Shown: positions 19,180 to 29,544 of the stretch, one piece after another | Layout of the letters: each line of letters begins with the position of its first letter | How positions within the stretch are numbered: the first letter of the stretch is position 1 | Translations under genes and position numbers: made by a program | The notes under the pieces: model-generated | What the model was told of the DNA's origin: nothing | The model's database searches: none | The model's input: only the letters and a program-made list of their open reading frames with translations | NCBI GenBank assembly: GCA_964511175.1 | Contig: CAZEEI010000002.1 | Span: 132,382 to 196,381 of the forward strand | Direction: 5' to 3' | DNA: 64,000 nucleotides | Origin: an uncultured Pseudomonadales bacterium | Lineage (GTDB): Bacteria; Patescibacteriota; Microgenomatia; UBA1400; UBA1396

Positions 19180-19984
19180 AGACACCAGTAGCGGCTTTAA
19201 ATAGGGTAATAAGCAAATCAAAATTTCCTTTTAAGATACCTATTTTGGTGGGAACTTTACCCCGCGGGTAACGGCGTGTTACTGGAATTTCAATTACTCT
19301 TCGGCCGATTTGTCCGGCACGAGCGGAAAGATAAACCAATAGTTCATACTTTTGAAAGACCCGCCGCAGTGGCAATACTTGCTGATCCAACAAATAAGCA
19401 CGACTGTAGGCGCGGAATCCGTTGGTAGTGTCCGTAAGATGACTACCAGAGACTAAGCTAATAAGCGGAGCATGAAAATAATGATTGGCGATATGGCGCA
19501 ACCAGGGTGTGTTAATGGCTTTTCCACCTGGTATGAAGCGGGATCCTTGTATGTAATCGTAGCCATCTTTTAGCTTAGTAATGAATAAGGGAATACTGCG
19601 AGCGTCATCTTTACCATTACCGTCCATGGTGATGATTCCTTGATATCCTTGTTGTAAGGCGTACGCATAACCCATGCGCAGTTGAGCACTCAGTTTGCCC
19701 GTATCTTTTTTAATTAATAAACTTCTAACCCCATTACGTTTTAGGAAAGCAAGATCAGTTGAACCATCGGTGCTGTCGCCATCTAAGATTAAAATATCAA
19801 CCCGATCTTGGTAATTTTTAATTTGTTGAAGTTGTTTTTTAAAACGGTCTCCCTCATTAATAATCGGAATACATAAACAATAATCATTAGATTTCGGTTT
19901 CAATTCCTGCAATACATGTTTAGGCACATCCCAATTTCGAAGCATATCTTTAGCTAGGTGTTGGGGATTATTTTGTCGAACCAT
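19169..19984 (-). CDS. glycosyltransferase family 2 (polyprenol-phosphate sugar synthase-like)
   Basis: CIPIINEGDRF...ILDGDSTDGS...DGNGKDD, a GT-A signature. Confidence 0.75.
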   Translation of the reverse strand: MVRQNNPQHLAKDMLRNWDVPKHVLQELKPKSNDYCLCIPIINEGDRFKKQLQQIKNYQDRVDILILDGDSTDGSTDLAFLKRNGVRSLLIKKDTGKLSAQLRMGYAYALQQGYQGIITMDGNGKDDARSIPLFITKLKDGYDYIQGSRFIPGGKAINTPWLRHIANHYFHAPLISLVSGSHLTDTTNGFRAYSRAYLLDQQVLPLRRVFQKYELLVYLSARAGQIGRRVIEIPVTRRYPRGKVPTKIGILKGNFDLLITLFKAATGVFNP

Positions 19985-20792
19985 AATGATGAGCTACAAA
20001 AGCTAAAGCTTGTTTTATGGCGTCATTGTTGGCAGGCAAAATGCCGGCTTTCATTTCAATAGACACGGTATGTTGGTAATGATTTTTTTGTAATTCTTGT
20101 GCAATAAGCGTGTGCTGAGTTTGCGGATTGGAACCAATGAGGCCTAAGTAAGGTTCACTAATATGAAAATGTTGTAAATAAGGTTTAGCGATCAGAAAAG
20201 ATTGCGGGATATCTTCTTGATTTAAGGTCATAACAGCTGCATCAAGGTGTAACTGGACGTTAGGATGAGCGAGCGACTGGATGAAATCAACAGTTTCTTG
20301 AGTGTTTGTGAGGAAATTACACCCATATTGAGGAGCATTGGGTTCCAAACAAAACAAAATATTATGCGGTCGACACAGTTCCCCCACTTGCCAAAAAAAA
20401 TCTTTAGCTATCGCGTTAACTGCCTGATCAAAATGTGGGGGAATATGCCTATTTTGAGGAGAGCCGAAAACTAAACGCATCGTACCAAGTTCAGCCGCCA
20501 AAAGGATAATCTTATGCAAATATTTTAAAGTTTTCTTTTGTCCGCTGAGTTCAGTAAATATTTGCAGTTCTGGTTGGCCGTATAAGAGCGATTGCATTGC
20601 CACTGGCGTAAGGCCAAAATTTTGCAAATTTTGTTTATAGGTACGGGCAGCTGCGGCTGAAGCCATGGTGAGATCGGAAAATACTCTGGTTGGAGCGAGT
20701 TCAATATAAGCAATATTGCTTTTCTGCAAAAGGGCAAAAATAACCTTATCTTCGGTTTGATTCCAAGCAATATGAGAGATGGCACACTTCAT
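19968..20792 (-). CDS. sugar phosphate isomerase/epimerase (xylose-isomerase-like TIM barrel)
   Basis: Size and motif distribution (conserved E/H/D in ...LEPN..., ...HLD...) resemble AP-endonuclease-2 / TIM-barrel sugar isomerases. Confidence 0.6.
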   Translation of the reverse strand: MKCAISHIAWNQTEDKVIFALLQKSNIAYIELAPTRVFSDLTMASAAAARTYKQNLQNFGLTPVAMQSLLYGQPELQIFTELSGQKKTLKYLHKIILLAAELGTMRLVFGSPQNRHIPPHFDQAVNAIAKDFFWQVGELCRPHNILFCLEPNAPQYGCNFLTNTQETVDFIQSLAHPNVQLHLDAAVMTLNQEDIPQSFLIAKPYLQHFHISEPYLGLIGSNPQTQHTLIAQELQKNHYQHTVSIEMKAGILPANNDAIKQALAFVAHHYGSTK

Positions 20793-21616
20793 GATGGTTG
20801 AGTAGTAATAAACTTAATTAACTCAGGAAAAATGGTATTCTGATCATAAATATAATGCTGCCGGTTGCCCAAAATCGGGGCGTAGCGAGAATACACATTA
20901 TATTTGACCGGCCGTATTTCTGCATCCGCTTGTAAAACAAGTTGTTTGGCTGCCAAAGCAACCTTTTGCGCCGTAATTGGTTCGGTGGCTAAGTTTACTA
21001 ATTTGAGATTGAGAGGAATAATTTTATTAATATCACTCCACAAATGTTCGATGTTGTAGAACTGGAATTCACTATCCGGATGGGTTCGGTCTAAGAGCTG
21101 ATTGTGTATCAAATCAAAAATAAAATTCTTTTTTAATCCCGGCCCAAAAAGAGCTGGCAGACGAATGATTGTATGTTTGGGAAAATGGTCAGCCACAAAT
21201 TTTTCCAACAATAGTCGATGTTTCCCGTAAGGTTGCTGTTCACTTTCTTTAATTGGTGTTTTTTCATCTACCCGTTGGGGGTGAGGATAAACATCGACGG
21301 TGGAAATGAGAATGAATTCCCGGGCGGCCACTGTTCTTAAATTATCTATAAGCGCGTTAATGGTACGCCAATCTTCCGCTGGTTCTTGATTAGCTCGCCA
21401 TTTAGCGGCGGGAGCACCCGCGCAAACTAGACAATCATAAGCCTGATGACACATATCGCCGCTGTTTTTAGAATTGTATAAATCGTCAAAATGAGTTTGA
21501 CGTGCCAGGTTGCCGCCTACAAAACCGGTGTATCCAATGAGCGCTGTTTTCACAATATTTTTTTCTAGTCGTTGGCTAACTGTAGTGTATACTAAGAACC
21601 CAAATGAAGAAAACAC
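20789..21616 (-). CDS. NAD(P)-dependent epimerase/reductase (short SDR-like)
   Basis: Rossmann motif ALIGYTGFVGGNL near the N-terminus; ATGA overlap with the downstream gene. Confidence 0.6.
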   Translation of the reverse strand: MFSSFGFLVYTTVSQRLEKNIVKTALIGYTGFVGGNLARQTHFDDLYNSKNSGDMCHQAYDCLVCAGAPAAKWRANQEPAEDWRTINALIDNLRTVAAREFILISTVDVYPHPQRVDEKTPIKESEQQPYGKHRLLLEKFVADHFPKHTIIRLPALFGPGLKKNFIFDLIHNQLLDRTHPDSEFQFYNIEHLWSDINKIIPLNLKLVNLATEPITAQKVALAAKQLVLQADAEIRPVKYNVYSRYAPILGNRQHYIYDQNTIFPELIKFITTQPS

Positions 21617-22584
21617 TAATTCCTAGTAACACGCTTATTTCAGTGGTAGTTATTGCGGAAAATGTAGAGTCAATCATTTCTTCATATTTGCAGAAACTTG
21701 ATACTATTTTAAAAAATTATCCTGACGCAGAGATTGTTGTTGTGGACAACGCTTCATTTGACGGCACGGTAGTGCAGGTAAAAAAAATATTATCAAAAAT
21801 ATCACAGCTACGTCTTTTGGTTCTTTCTAAACCCTACAGTGCAGAAACAGCCTTGACTGCCGGATTAGATAATTGCATTGGTGATTACGTAATTGTTTGT
21901 AATCCAATTACCGATCGGCCCAATCTTGTTACAAAACTTTTGCCGTTTTTGCTTAAAGGGCAAGATGTTATTTTTTTGCGATTTACCCATTACGATTTCT
22001 TAGCGGGAGATAGAATTGTACGTTGGCTATCAGCAGTATTAGGACATGCTTATCATCGTAATATTTATTCTCATATTAATTATTCATTGGCTTTAAGCAG
22101 AAAAGCGGTTAATGCTTTGACTAAGGTACGTCGTAAGAAAAGATACTATAACTACATTAGTGAAGCCATTGGTTTTCAGGCTATTACCGTGACTTACGAA
22201 CCATTACACCGCCATCAACATTTATTAACTAAAGAAACGGTGTTTTCTTTAGTTATTCGCCTATTTGACGCTAGTATCAGCCACTCAGTTAAACCACTGC
22301 GCCTAGCTTCTTTAGTGGGTATAACGGCCAGTTTTTTGAATATTAGTTTTTTGTTATACGTTTTTGTCGTGAGCGTGGTCAAACAGAATATTGTGGAGGG
22401 GTGGGTTACTACCAGTGTTATGATGGGTACGATGTTTTTTATTCTTTTCCTCATTTTGACTATTATTTCCGAGTATTTGTTGCGTATTTTAGAGGAGAGC
22501 CGCCAGGAACCATTATATTTTGTAGCTGAAGAAATTGATAACTCCATTTTTTCGGTCAATCGACAGCATCTTAATGTAGTGTGA
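21604..22584 (+). CDS. glycosyltransferase family 2 with C-terminal TM pair (GtrB/DPM1-like)
   Basis: ISVVVIAENVE...VVVDNASFDGT, a GT-A signature, followed by two C-terminal TM helices. Confidence 0.8.
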   Translation: MKKTLIPSNTLISVVVIAENVESIISSYLQKLDTILKNYPDAEIVVVDNASFDGTVVQVKKILSKISQLRLLVLSKPYSAETALTAGLDNCIGDYVIVCNPITDRPNLVTKLLPFLLKGQDVIFLRFTHYDFLAGDRIVRWLSAVLGHAYHRNIYSHINYSLALSRKAVNALTKVRRKKRYYNYISEAIGFQAITVTYEPLHRHQHLLTKETVFSLVIRLFDASISHSVKPLRLASLVGITASFLNISFLLYVFVVSVVKQNIVEGWVTTSVMMGTMFFILFLILTIISEYLLRILEESRQEPLYFVAEEIDNSIFSVNRQHLNVV

Positions 22585-23918
22585 GTATTGACGAAACATA
22601 TTTTTACGCATACTTTATAGTGATGAACAAAAACAAAAATTTGTCAGATTCCGCCCGTCAGAAAACCATTGATCCTGACTCTAAAAATTTTAAGGTTAGA
22701 CAATGCCGGGTTTGTGGTGGTAAGCACCTCTACCCATTTTTGTCATTAGGTGCTATGCCAATTCCCAACGGTTTTTTGGCCGAAGATGAGGTAGGGCAGA
22801 AAGAGCCACGTTATCCACTCGGAGTTTTAGTATGTGAGGACTGTTGGTTAGTGCAACTAACCCATGTGGTTCCAGCGGAGATTATGTTTAAAAATTATCT
22901 CTACATTCCTTCGACTTCGGCTACCATGCTGTCACATTTTCAATCGTTCGCCAAGGATGTTGTAAAGCAATTTAGTTTGGATAAAGGGGATCTAGTTATC
23001 GATATCGGTAGCAATGATGGAACACTATTGGGCTATTTTAAAGATCAAGAAATGAGAGTTCTAGGGATTGATCCGGCTTCTAATTTGGCTCAGGTGGCTA
23101 GATTAAAAGGTATAGACACTATCGATTCATTTTTTTCGGCTGCAGTGGCCAAGGAAGTACGGCCAAAATATGGTAAGGCCAAAATCATTACTGCTACTAA
23201 CGTTGTTGCCCACATTGATGACATTCACAGTCTTTGTGATGGGGTGGCCGAGTTATTAGATGATGATGGTGTGTTTATTATGGAATTTCCCTATTTATTA
23301 GATCTCTTAGACAAAAATGAGTTTGATACGATCTACCACGAGCATCTTTCTTATTTCTCGATTACACCGCTAGTTCATCTATTTAAGATGCATGATATGC
23401 AGATTATTGATGTTAAAAAGATGTCGGTTCATGGCGGATCAATCCGAGTCTATGTCACTAAAAAACAATCTACTAGACAAGTACAGTCTTCAGTACAGGA
23501 GTTTTTACAAAATGAGAAATTGAAAAAAATTGACAAACGGGTGGCCTATGATGATTTTGCCCGCCGAGTTAAGGTAATTAAGAGAGATTTAGTAGCTTTT
23601 CTCAAAAAATTACGGGGACAAGGAAAAAGGGTGGTGGGATATGGGGCTGCCGCTAAAGGTAACGTCCTATTGAATTATTGCGATATCACTACTAACCTGC
23701 TTGATTTTGTGGTTGATTCTATTTCTTATAAGCAGGGCCGCTATACTCCCGGGACACATATTCCGATTTATCCGGAAAGCCGTATCGAAAAAGAAAAACC
23801 CGATTATGTGTTGTTATTGGCCTGGAATTTTGCTGACGAAATTTTAAAAAAGCAAGTTTCTTATCGGGAAAAAGGTGGGCAATTTATTATCACCATTCCT
23901 TATTTGCGCATTGAATAA
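22581..23918 (+). CDS. NDP-sugar C-methyltransferase-like protein (N-terminal Zn-ribbon, class I SAM MTase, C-terminal C-MT domain)
   Basis: CRVCGG...CEDC zinc ribbon, DIGSNDGTLL motif I, and a C-terminal domain like TylCIII / NovU-type enzymes. The GTG start overlaps the previous stop (GTGA); alternative ATG at 22623. Confidence 0.7.
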   Translation: MSIDETYFYAYFIVMNKNKNLSDSARQKTIDPDSKNFKVRQCRVCGGKHLYPFLSLGAMPIPNGFLAEDEVGQKEPRYPLGVLVCEDCWLVQLTHVVPAEIMFKNYLYIPSTSATMLSHFQSFAKDVVKQFSLDKGDLVIDIGSNDGTLLGYFKDQEMRVLGIDPASNLAQVARLKGIDTIDSFFSAAVAKEVRPKYGKAKIITATNVVAHIDDIHSLCDGVAELLDDDGVFIMEFPYLLDLLDKNEFDTIYHEHLSYFSITPLVHLFKMHDMQIIDVKKMSVHGGSIRVYVTKKQSTRQVQSSVQEFLQNEKLKKIDKRVAYDDFARRVKVIKRDLVAFLKKLRGQGKRVVGYGAAAKGNVLLNYCDITTNLLDFVVDSISYKQGRYTPGTHIPIYPESRIEKEKPDYVLLLAWNFADEILKKQVSYREKGGQFIITIPYLRIE

Positions 23919-23923
23919 GGGTC

Positions 23924-24820
23924 TTACGGCTGGTCGCAAATTTCGTTAATAATTTCTTGCCAAGTTCGGAATTGGGTATTAAATTGGCTTTGGGTCCATT
24001 GTGTGTCCAATCCGCCATACTGCGGATAACGCCTGTCATTTCCGGTTTGAGCTAAATATTTGGTCAGCGATCCGGATAGTAATGGTTTATTAACTTGACG
24101 AGCTTTGCGTAGTAAATATTCGGCGATTGCCAGTGGTGTTCCAGTATTGCGGCTAGAAACATGGAAAATACCTGTTTTAGGTTGTTTTAGCAGCCGGAGT
24201 AGGAGGGCGGTAAGTTCGGGAATAAAAGTAAGAGTCAGATATTGGTCGGCAAAAAAGGCGGGAAGACGTTGATTGTCATACCCATTAAGGATTTTTTGCA
24301 AATAATCGGCCTTAACAGAGAAGGATTGCCTTACCGGATTAGAAATACGAACAATACTGTAATGTTCAATTAATTCTTGCACCAAGTGTTCGCTTTGAAT
24401 TTTGCTCCAACCATACCAAGTGACTAAAGCAGGATCAGTTTCTACGGGAGCCGACTCCACGTATGGTCCTGGCGAATCAGCGCGGCCAGAAAAAACAGCA
24501 TCGGTGGAAATATGGATAAAGGGTCCGTTAAATAGTTGGTGAACTTGCGCTAATATTTTAGTGCCCAACACATTTATCCGCCAACACTCTCCTTGCTGGT
24601 TGTGTCTTTCTTGTTCACTTTGGCTAACGTTGGTAAAAGCGGCAAAATGAATTGTTGCTTCGGGTTGAAAATCTTGATAAAGCTCTTGTACTGCGCTTAA
24701 TTGAGTAATATCCATTTCAGCATGGGTTGGTGCCAAAATTTCTAGCCCGGATATATTTTGGGCTGTTTCTTGGAAGTGCGATCCCACTAGTCCGCGTCCA
24801 CCGGTAATTAGGATTCTCAT
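23924..24820 (-). CDS. dTDP-4-dehydrorhamnose reductase-like (RmlD family) SDR
   Basis: MRILITGGRGLVGSHF Rossmann motif and the YGWSK catalytic YxxxK. Confidence 0.7.
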   Translation of the reverse strand: MRILITGGRGLVGSHFQETAQNISGLEILAPTHAEMDITQLSAVQELYQDFQPEATIHFAAFTNVSQSEQERHNQQGECWRINVLGTKILAQVHQLFNGPFIHISTDAVFSGRADSPGPYVESAPVETDPALVTWYGWSKIQSEHLVQELIEHYSIVRISNPVRQSFSVKADYLQKILNGYDNQRLPAFFADQYLTLTFIPELTALLLRLLKQPKTGIFHVSSRNTGTPLAIAEYLLRKARQVNKPLLSGSLTKYLAQTGNDRRYPQYGGLDTQWTQSQFNTQFRTWQEIINEICDQP

Positions 24821-27800
24821 AAGCGAATACTTAGATCTTCTTTTTCCAAAGTTAGGTTTTCATTGTAGTAAGGATCATGTTTGAGTGCCGTACCCCACCG
24901 TTTTTGCAGTTTAGTAACCTCTTTCTTCAGAAGAGAGTCATCACGTTGGCGAGTTTCCGGCCGACCAACCGAAACTGATTCATGGTGATAGAGTACGGCA
25001 AAGGGGGTATAGACATGACGCAATCCTTGCTGACTGAGACGTAAACACAAATCGACATCATTAAAAGCAACCCGGAAGAGGGGATCCATGCCATTAACGG
25101 CGAAATACTTCTTCTTTTCGATCATTAAGCAGGCAGCGGTAACCGCCGACCAATTCCGAATCACATCTTTATTGTTAAAAATGGGCAATTTTCCAGGTTC
25201 ACTGGCGGGAAAAAGTTTTTGTGAATGACCGGCCATACCAGCGATGCCTAAAATAATTCCGCCATGTTGCAATAAACCATTGGGATAAAGCAACTTAGCT
25301 CCTACAGCGCCGATTTCCGGCAGTTGGGCATACTCTAAAAGCGCTTCCAACCAGCGTGGCTCGACTACTTCGGTATCGTTATTGAGGAAAAGAAGAAAAT
25401 CACCTTGGCTTTTTTGGGCGGCATAATTATTAATATCCGAATAATTAAACGGTTTTTGATAATTGAGCACGGTTATGTTTTTTCTTTTTTGAATTCGATC
25501 AAAATAAGCTAATGCTTCCAGTTCGGTACTTTGGTTGTTTACCACGATTATTTCGTAGTTTGGATAATGCGTTTTTTGAGTAATGCTATCGATACATCTT
25601 TTCAAATAATCAGCGCCATCTTTGGTAGGGATAATAATGGAAACTAGAGGTTGTTTGATAATCGTTGGTTGAACGTAAAATAAATCAGGACGAATACCTG
25701 GCAGGAGCTTACCCCTCAGATGACGTCGCTTCATGGCATCCAGCAGCGCCCTCTCGGTACTACTTTGCGCGTAACTCTTGGCGGTGTATACCGTTGCGGT
25801 TGAACCAACAATCTTGCGCCAGTGGTAGAGAACCATGGGAATATGCTGAATATTTTTAGTTTTTTCCGTAAACCGCAGCACAAAATCATAGTCCTGAGAA
25901 CCTTCATAACCAACCCGGAAGCCGCCGATCTTTTTAGCCAAAGCAGTGCGATATACGCCTAAATGGCAGGTGTACATGCTGGAAAGAAAATATTCCGGTG
26001 ACCAATCCGGTTTAAAGAAGACATCGCAGCGCCGGCCCTGCTCATCCAGCTTATCTTCATCGCTGTAAATCATATCAGCTTCAGGGTATTTATTTAGCCA
26101 GACAACCACTGCCGCTAAGGCATGGGGGGCAAGTTCGTCATCATGATCAAGTAAAGCGATGTATTCACCAGTAGCTTGTTGGAGAGCCAGCTGCGTGGCA
26201 GCTGATATCCCTTGATTTTTTTGGTTAAAAGTTACTTGAATATTTTGCTGGTGAAGAGAATGGAGGTAATCAAGAGTACTGGCTTGGGTTGAACCATCAT
26301 CCACAATACAAATTTCCCAGTTATCATAAAGTTGGTTTTTTACCGACTCAATGGATTTATCCAGCCAGCGAATATCAGAATTATAGGTTGGCAATAAAAT
26401 GCTAATTTTGGGACGATACTCTAATTTTTTTAACTGTGATGTTACTAAGGATAGATGTTGTGGTTCATTTTTTTGAATCCACTGCTGGTATTGATAGTTG
26501 TACCAGGCAACTTGATCACCAACGATTCTATTTTCCTGAATTTTCCGGTAAAGACCGGCGGGGCCTTGCTGAATTAGGATCTTAATTACTTTGCGCCCCT
26601 TGTTTACCGCGTTCAGTTTGGTCAGCGCTGACAAAATTGAAAAAGAAACATCTTCGGGGGCAGTTGCCAATGTAAAACCTTGGCCAAATAAAGAAAGTTG
26701 GGGGTTATAGAAAGGATCATTATCAATTAATTTGCCCCAGGTTTCGCGCATATAAAGGATTTCATGCAAATCAATCTTACGGCCAGTTTCCTCGACCTTG
26801 CCAACGCTGATTGATTCATGATGAGTTAAAACTACGTGCGGATCATAGACAATTTGGAAGCCGTGTTGACGTAAACGTAAACAAAAATCGATATCGCTAA
26901 ATAAGACTTTCAAGTCCTCTTCTTGAAAGCCACCAACCTTCTGGTAAAGCGATTTTTTAGTTAAAAAACAAGCTCCCGTTACCGCCGACCAGTTTCTGGT
27001 TAAATCTTTAAAGAAAAAACGGGGATTTTCTTTAATTGCGCTATCAGGCATACCTTTAAAGGGGTGACCAGCCACACCAAGATCGTTGGGATTATTTTTC
27101 ATTCCCAAGAGTACACCGGCATGTTGCAAAGTACCGTTAGGGTAAAGGAGCTTGGGAGCCACGCCGCCAATATCGGCACGCTGCATGTATCCTACTAAAG
27201 GACTGAGCCAATCTTTGGTTATTGGCTCGATATCATTATTTAAGAGCAAAATATATTCACCCCGAGCGTGTTCTACGGCAAAGTTAAAAATTCGGGAGAT
27301 ATTAAAGGGTTGAGTGAAATCTAGGATGGTTATTTGCGGATATTTAGCCAACTCAGCAAAATAAGCCAAAGTTTCCGGTTGTTCACTATTATTGTTAACA
27401 ATGAGAATCTCAAAGTTTTGGTATGGTTGGTTTAGCACGCCATCGATACTTTTACGCAGTAAATCAACGTGATCTTTAGTTGGCACAATAACCGAAACAA
27501 GTCTTGATGTTTTAGTTTGATAACGGAGTGTTAAAGAATTGGCAGATGGCTCTTCTGTAACGTTGACCGTCCAACCACGCCGCTGGAGAGAGATTTCTAA
27601 TGAAGATTTATTGGTGCGATTGGCTTTTTTAATTCGCAATGGCAAAAATTCGCTAAACAGTATTACCGGAAGATGAGCAAAACGGGTGGGATATTCGGAT
27701 AATTTTAAAAGGTATTCGTACAAAAAGGCTTGATTTTTAGAAAAGAAGCCATGCTTGCGGAAAATCTTGGTATTCAAAAAAATAAAATTACCTAAATAGT

Positions 27801-28602
27801 TATTGGCTAAAAAAAGATCTAGAGAAAAATCGGGTTTAAACAGCGGATCATGATGCTGAAAATGGGAATTGATTGTATCTTCATCAAAATATAACACATC
27901 GGTCTGCTCGTGTTCACCTAAATATCTTTGTACTTCTTGTAAGGTTATTGGGAACAAGGCCAATGGGAAAAGTATAAGGCCGACAAATGATCGTTTCTTA
28001 TTTTTTAGTAACCGATTAATAATTTCCGGTATGTCCAGTGAGCTTTTAGCTGAATGCAAAGAAATTTGTAAATTTCTTTTGGTATATTGACGCAGCCTGG
28101 GCCATATCTTAGCTTTAGAGTGAACCACTAAACATAATTCCCAGTAAGGATAGCTTTGTTGTTCTAAAGTAGACAGTGATTGTCTCACTTGTGTCCAATC
28201 AGCATTTTGGTCAATAACACCGATCAACAAAAGGGGGGATGCTAAAGGAGAGATGGCTGACGGCAAAATCCTCTGGGGTGAATTATCTTCCAACCAACGC
28301 TGGTACACATCAGTAGTGAGGAAATGTTTTTGTCCGAAGATTGCTTTTTTAATTAAAATCTTTAACTGAGCCCAAATTTGCCAAACACGAAAAGTTTTAG
28401 CACGTTTAATGCCATCTAAAATATAAGAAAGGTTATTGCTATGCTGACGCCAGATCATTAGTTCGTGCTGTAGGGCATCATTGTCTTTTTTAAGTAATCG
28501 ATTATCGTGTTTCAGTTCACGTATAACAGGGGATAATGCATTGCGTTTAGTGGGCTTGAAAGATTTTGAGAGCATATGACAAATAATTAATAAGGAACTC
28601 AC
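24817..28602 (-). CDS. multidomain glycosyltransferase (three tandem GT2 domains, N-terminal coiled coil), 1261 aa
   Basis: Three GT-A openings (VSVIVPTKDH..., ISILLPTYNSD..., VSIIIPTKDGAD...), each followed by a DXD motif. ATGA overlap with the rmlD-like gene. Confidence 0.85.
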   Translation of the reverse strand: MSSLLIICHMLSKSFKPTKRNALSPVIRELKHDNRLLKKDNDALQHELMIWRQHSNNLSYILDGIKRAKTFRVWQIWAQLKILIKKAIFGQKHFLTTDVYQRWLEDNSPQRILPSAISPLASPLLLIGVIDQNADWTQVRQSLSTLEQQSYPYWELCLVVHSKAKIWPRLRQYTKRNLQISLHSAKSSLDIPEIINRLLKNKKRSFVGLILFPLALFPITLQEVQRYLGEHEQTDVLYFDEDTINSHFQHHDPLFKPDFSLDLFLANNYLGNFIFLNTKIFRKHGFFSKNQAFLYEYLLKLSEYPTRFAHLPVILFSEFLPLRIKKANRTNKSSLEISLQRRGWTVNVTEEPSANSLTLRYQTKTSRLVSVIVPTKDHVDLLRKSIDGVLNQPYQNFEILIVNNNSEQPETLAYFAELAKYPQITILDFTQPFNISRIFNFAVEHARGEYILLLNNDIEPITKDWLSPLVGYMQRADIGGVAPKLLYPNGTLQHAGVLLGMKNNPNDLGVAGHPFKGMPDSAIKENPRFFFKDLTRNWSAVTGACFLTKKSLYQKVGGFQEEDLKVLFSDIDFCLRLRQHGFQIVYDPHVVLTHHESISVGKVEETGRKIDLHEILYMRETWGKLIDNDPFYNPQLSLFGQGFTLATAPEDVSFSILSALTKLNAVNKGRKVIKILIQQGPAGLYRKIQENRIVGDQVAWYNYQYQQWIQKNEPQHLSLVTSQLKKLEYRPKISILLPTYNSDIRWLDKSIESVKNQLYDNWEICIVDDGSTQASTLDYLHSLHQQNIQVTFNQKNQGISAATQLALQQATGEYIALLDHDDELAPHALAAVVVWLNKYPEADMIYSDEDKLDEQGRRCDVFFKPDWSPEYFLSSMYTCHLGVYRTALAKKIGGFRVGYEGSQDYDFVLRFTEKTKNIQHIPMVLYHWRKIVGSTATVYTAKSYAQSSTERALLDAMKRRHLRGKLLPGIRPDLFYVQPTIIKQPLVSIIIPTKDGADYLKRCIDSITQKTHYPNYEIIVVNNQSTELEALAYFDRIQKRKNITVLNYQKPFNYSDINNYAAQKSQGDFLLFLNNDTEVVEPRWLEALLEYAQLPEIGAVGAKLLYPNGLLQHGGIILGIAGMAGHSQKLFPASEPGKLPIFNNKDVIRNWSAVTAACLMIEKKKYFAVNGMDPLFRVAFNDVDLCLRLSQQGLRHVYTPFAVLYHHESVSVGRPETRQRDDSLLKKEVTKLQKRWGTALKHDPYYNENLTLEKEDLSIRL

Positions 28603-28671
28603 CTTCCATATTACATCATTATTTACTCATACCAAGCAGCATGTATAAATATTTGACAAGTAATTGAATAA

Positions 28672-29544
28672 TTGGATGATTATCGATATCCTATATCAGA
28701 TATGTTTGGATTTCACAAAGGCATGGGCCTGCAAGATTATGCTCAATTTCTTTATGAGGTAATTAAGCGGAACACTGAAACTCCCAAACAGTTAGCTATA
28801 GTACAACAGAAATTAGTTGACCTTGACGATAAAATTAATCACAATGCAATACTTTTTAACCAGCTTATTCAAATTGTTCAAAAAATTGAGACTATCTCAA
28901 CAGAATTAACTCAAAAAAGTTGTGTTGAAGATTTTTCTTTTTATCAACATATCTTTTCCTCTAAACTGATTATTTTTGAGAAAAAAATTTCACCCAAGAT
29001 TTTTAACAATATAAATAAGACTATTTTGTGGCTTGGTAATAAATCGATGATCCCAACAGGATTAAAACAACGATCGCGACTTTCCCTAATCAATTTAACT
29101 GAATTACCATCCGCACTTTTTGATCTTAATCAACGGCATATTTCTTATGATATAGTTGTCGTTTCTAATATTCTTCTTACCAATCTTTTATTAACGCATT
29201 CATCCTTATTTATTGTCATGGGAAGGATTACTAAATTAACTTGGATATTAGCCCTACCCGAAGAAAATGAGCTTGATTACCTGGCTAGTTTTTTAACCAA
29301 GCAGATAGATGATACCGAAAGTACGAGTCAAAATATTGCCAAATTACACGCAGCCGGATTTTTTGAGATAGAAGCTATATTTAATGATGGCTCTCGTAAT
29401 ATTACTAGATATGCTCGCGAAAAAGGGTTTTATAATTACCTCTCTTTTCCTACTGAAAAGGTAAATTTATCTGAAAAACGTACGGCTCAGTTTTTAATAG
29501 CCAGAAAAATTCCTAAGTATACAGATTTTGATGAAAAACTATGA
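28672..29544 (+). CDS. hypothetical protein (290 aa)
   Basis: ORF in a very AT-rich block with no recognised motif. Translationally coupled to the next gene (ATGA overlap). Confidence 0.5.
   Translation: MDDYRYPISDMFGFHKGMGLQDYAQFLYEVIKRNTETPKQLAIVQQKLVDLDDKINHNAILFNQLIQIVQKIETISTELTQKSCVEDFSFYQHIFSSKLIIFEKKISPKIFNNINKTILWLGNKSMIPTGLKQRSRLSLINLTELPSALFDLNQRHISYDIVVVSNILLTNLLLTHSSLFIVMGRITKLTWILALPEENELDYLASFLTKQIDDTESTSQNIAKLHAAGFFEIEAIFNDGSRNITRYAREKGFYNYLSFPTEKVNLSEKRTAQFLIARKIPKYTDFDEKL

Noticed and set aside
25665-25913. Small ORFs on both strands inside the 1261-aa glycosyltransferase gene
   Set aside because: They are embedded in a strongly supported long CDS and are typical shadow frames. 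The same applies to other ORFs of about 60-90 aa nested in recJ, secA, tyrS, eno and the Wzx genes.
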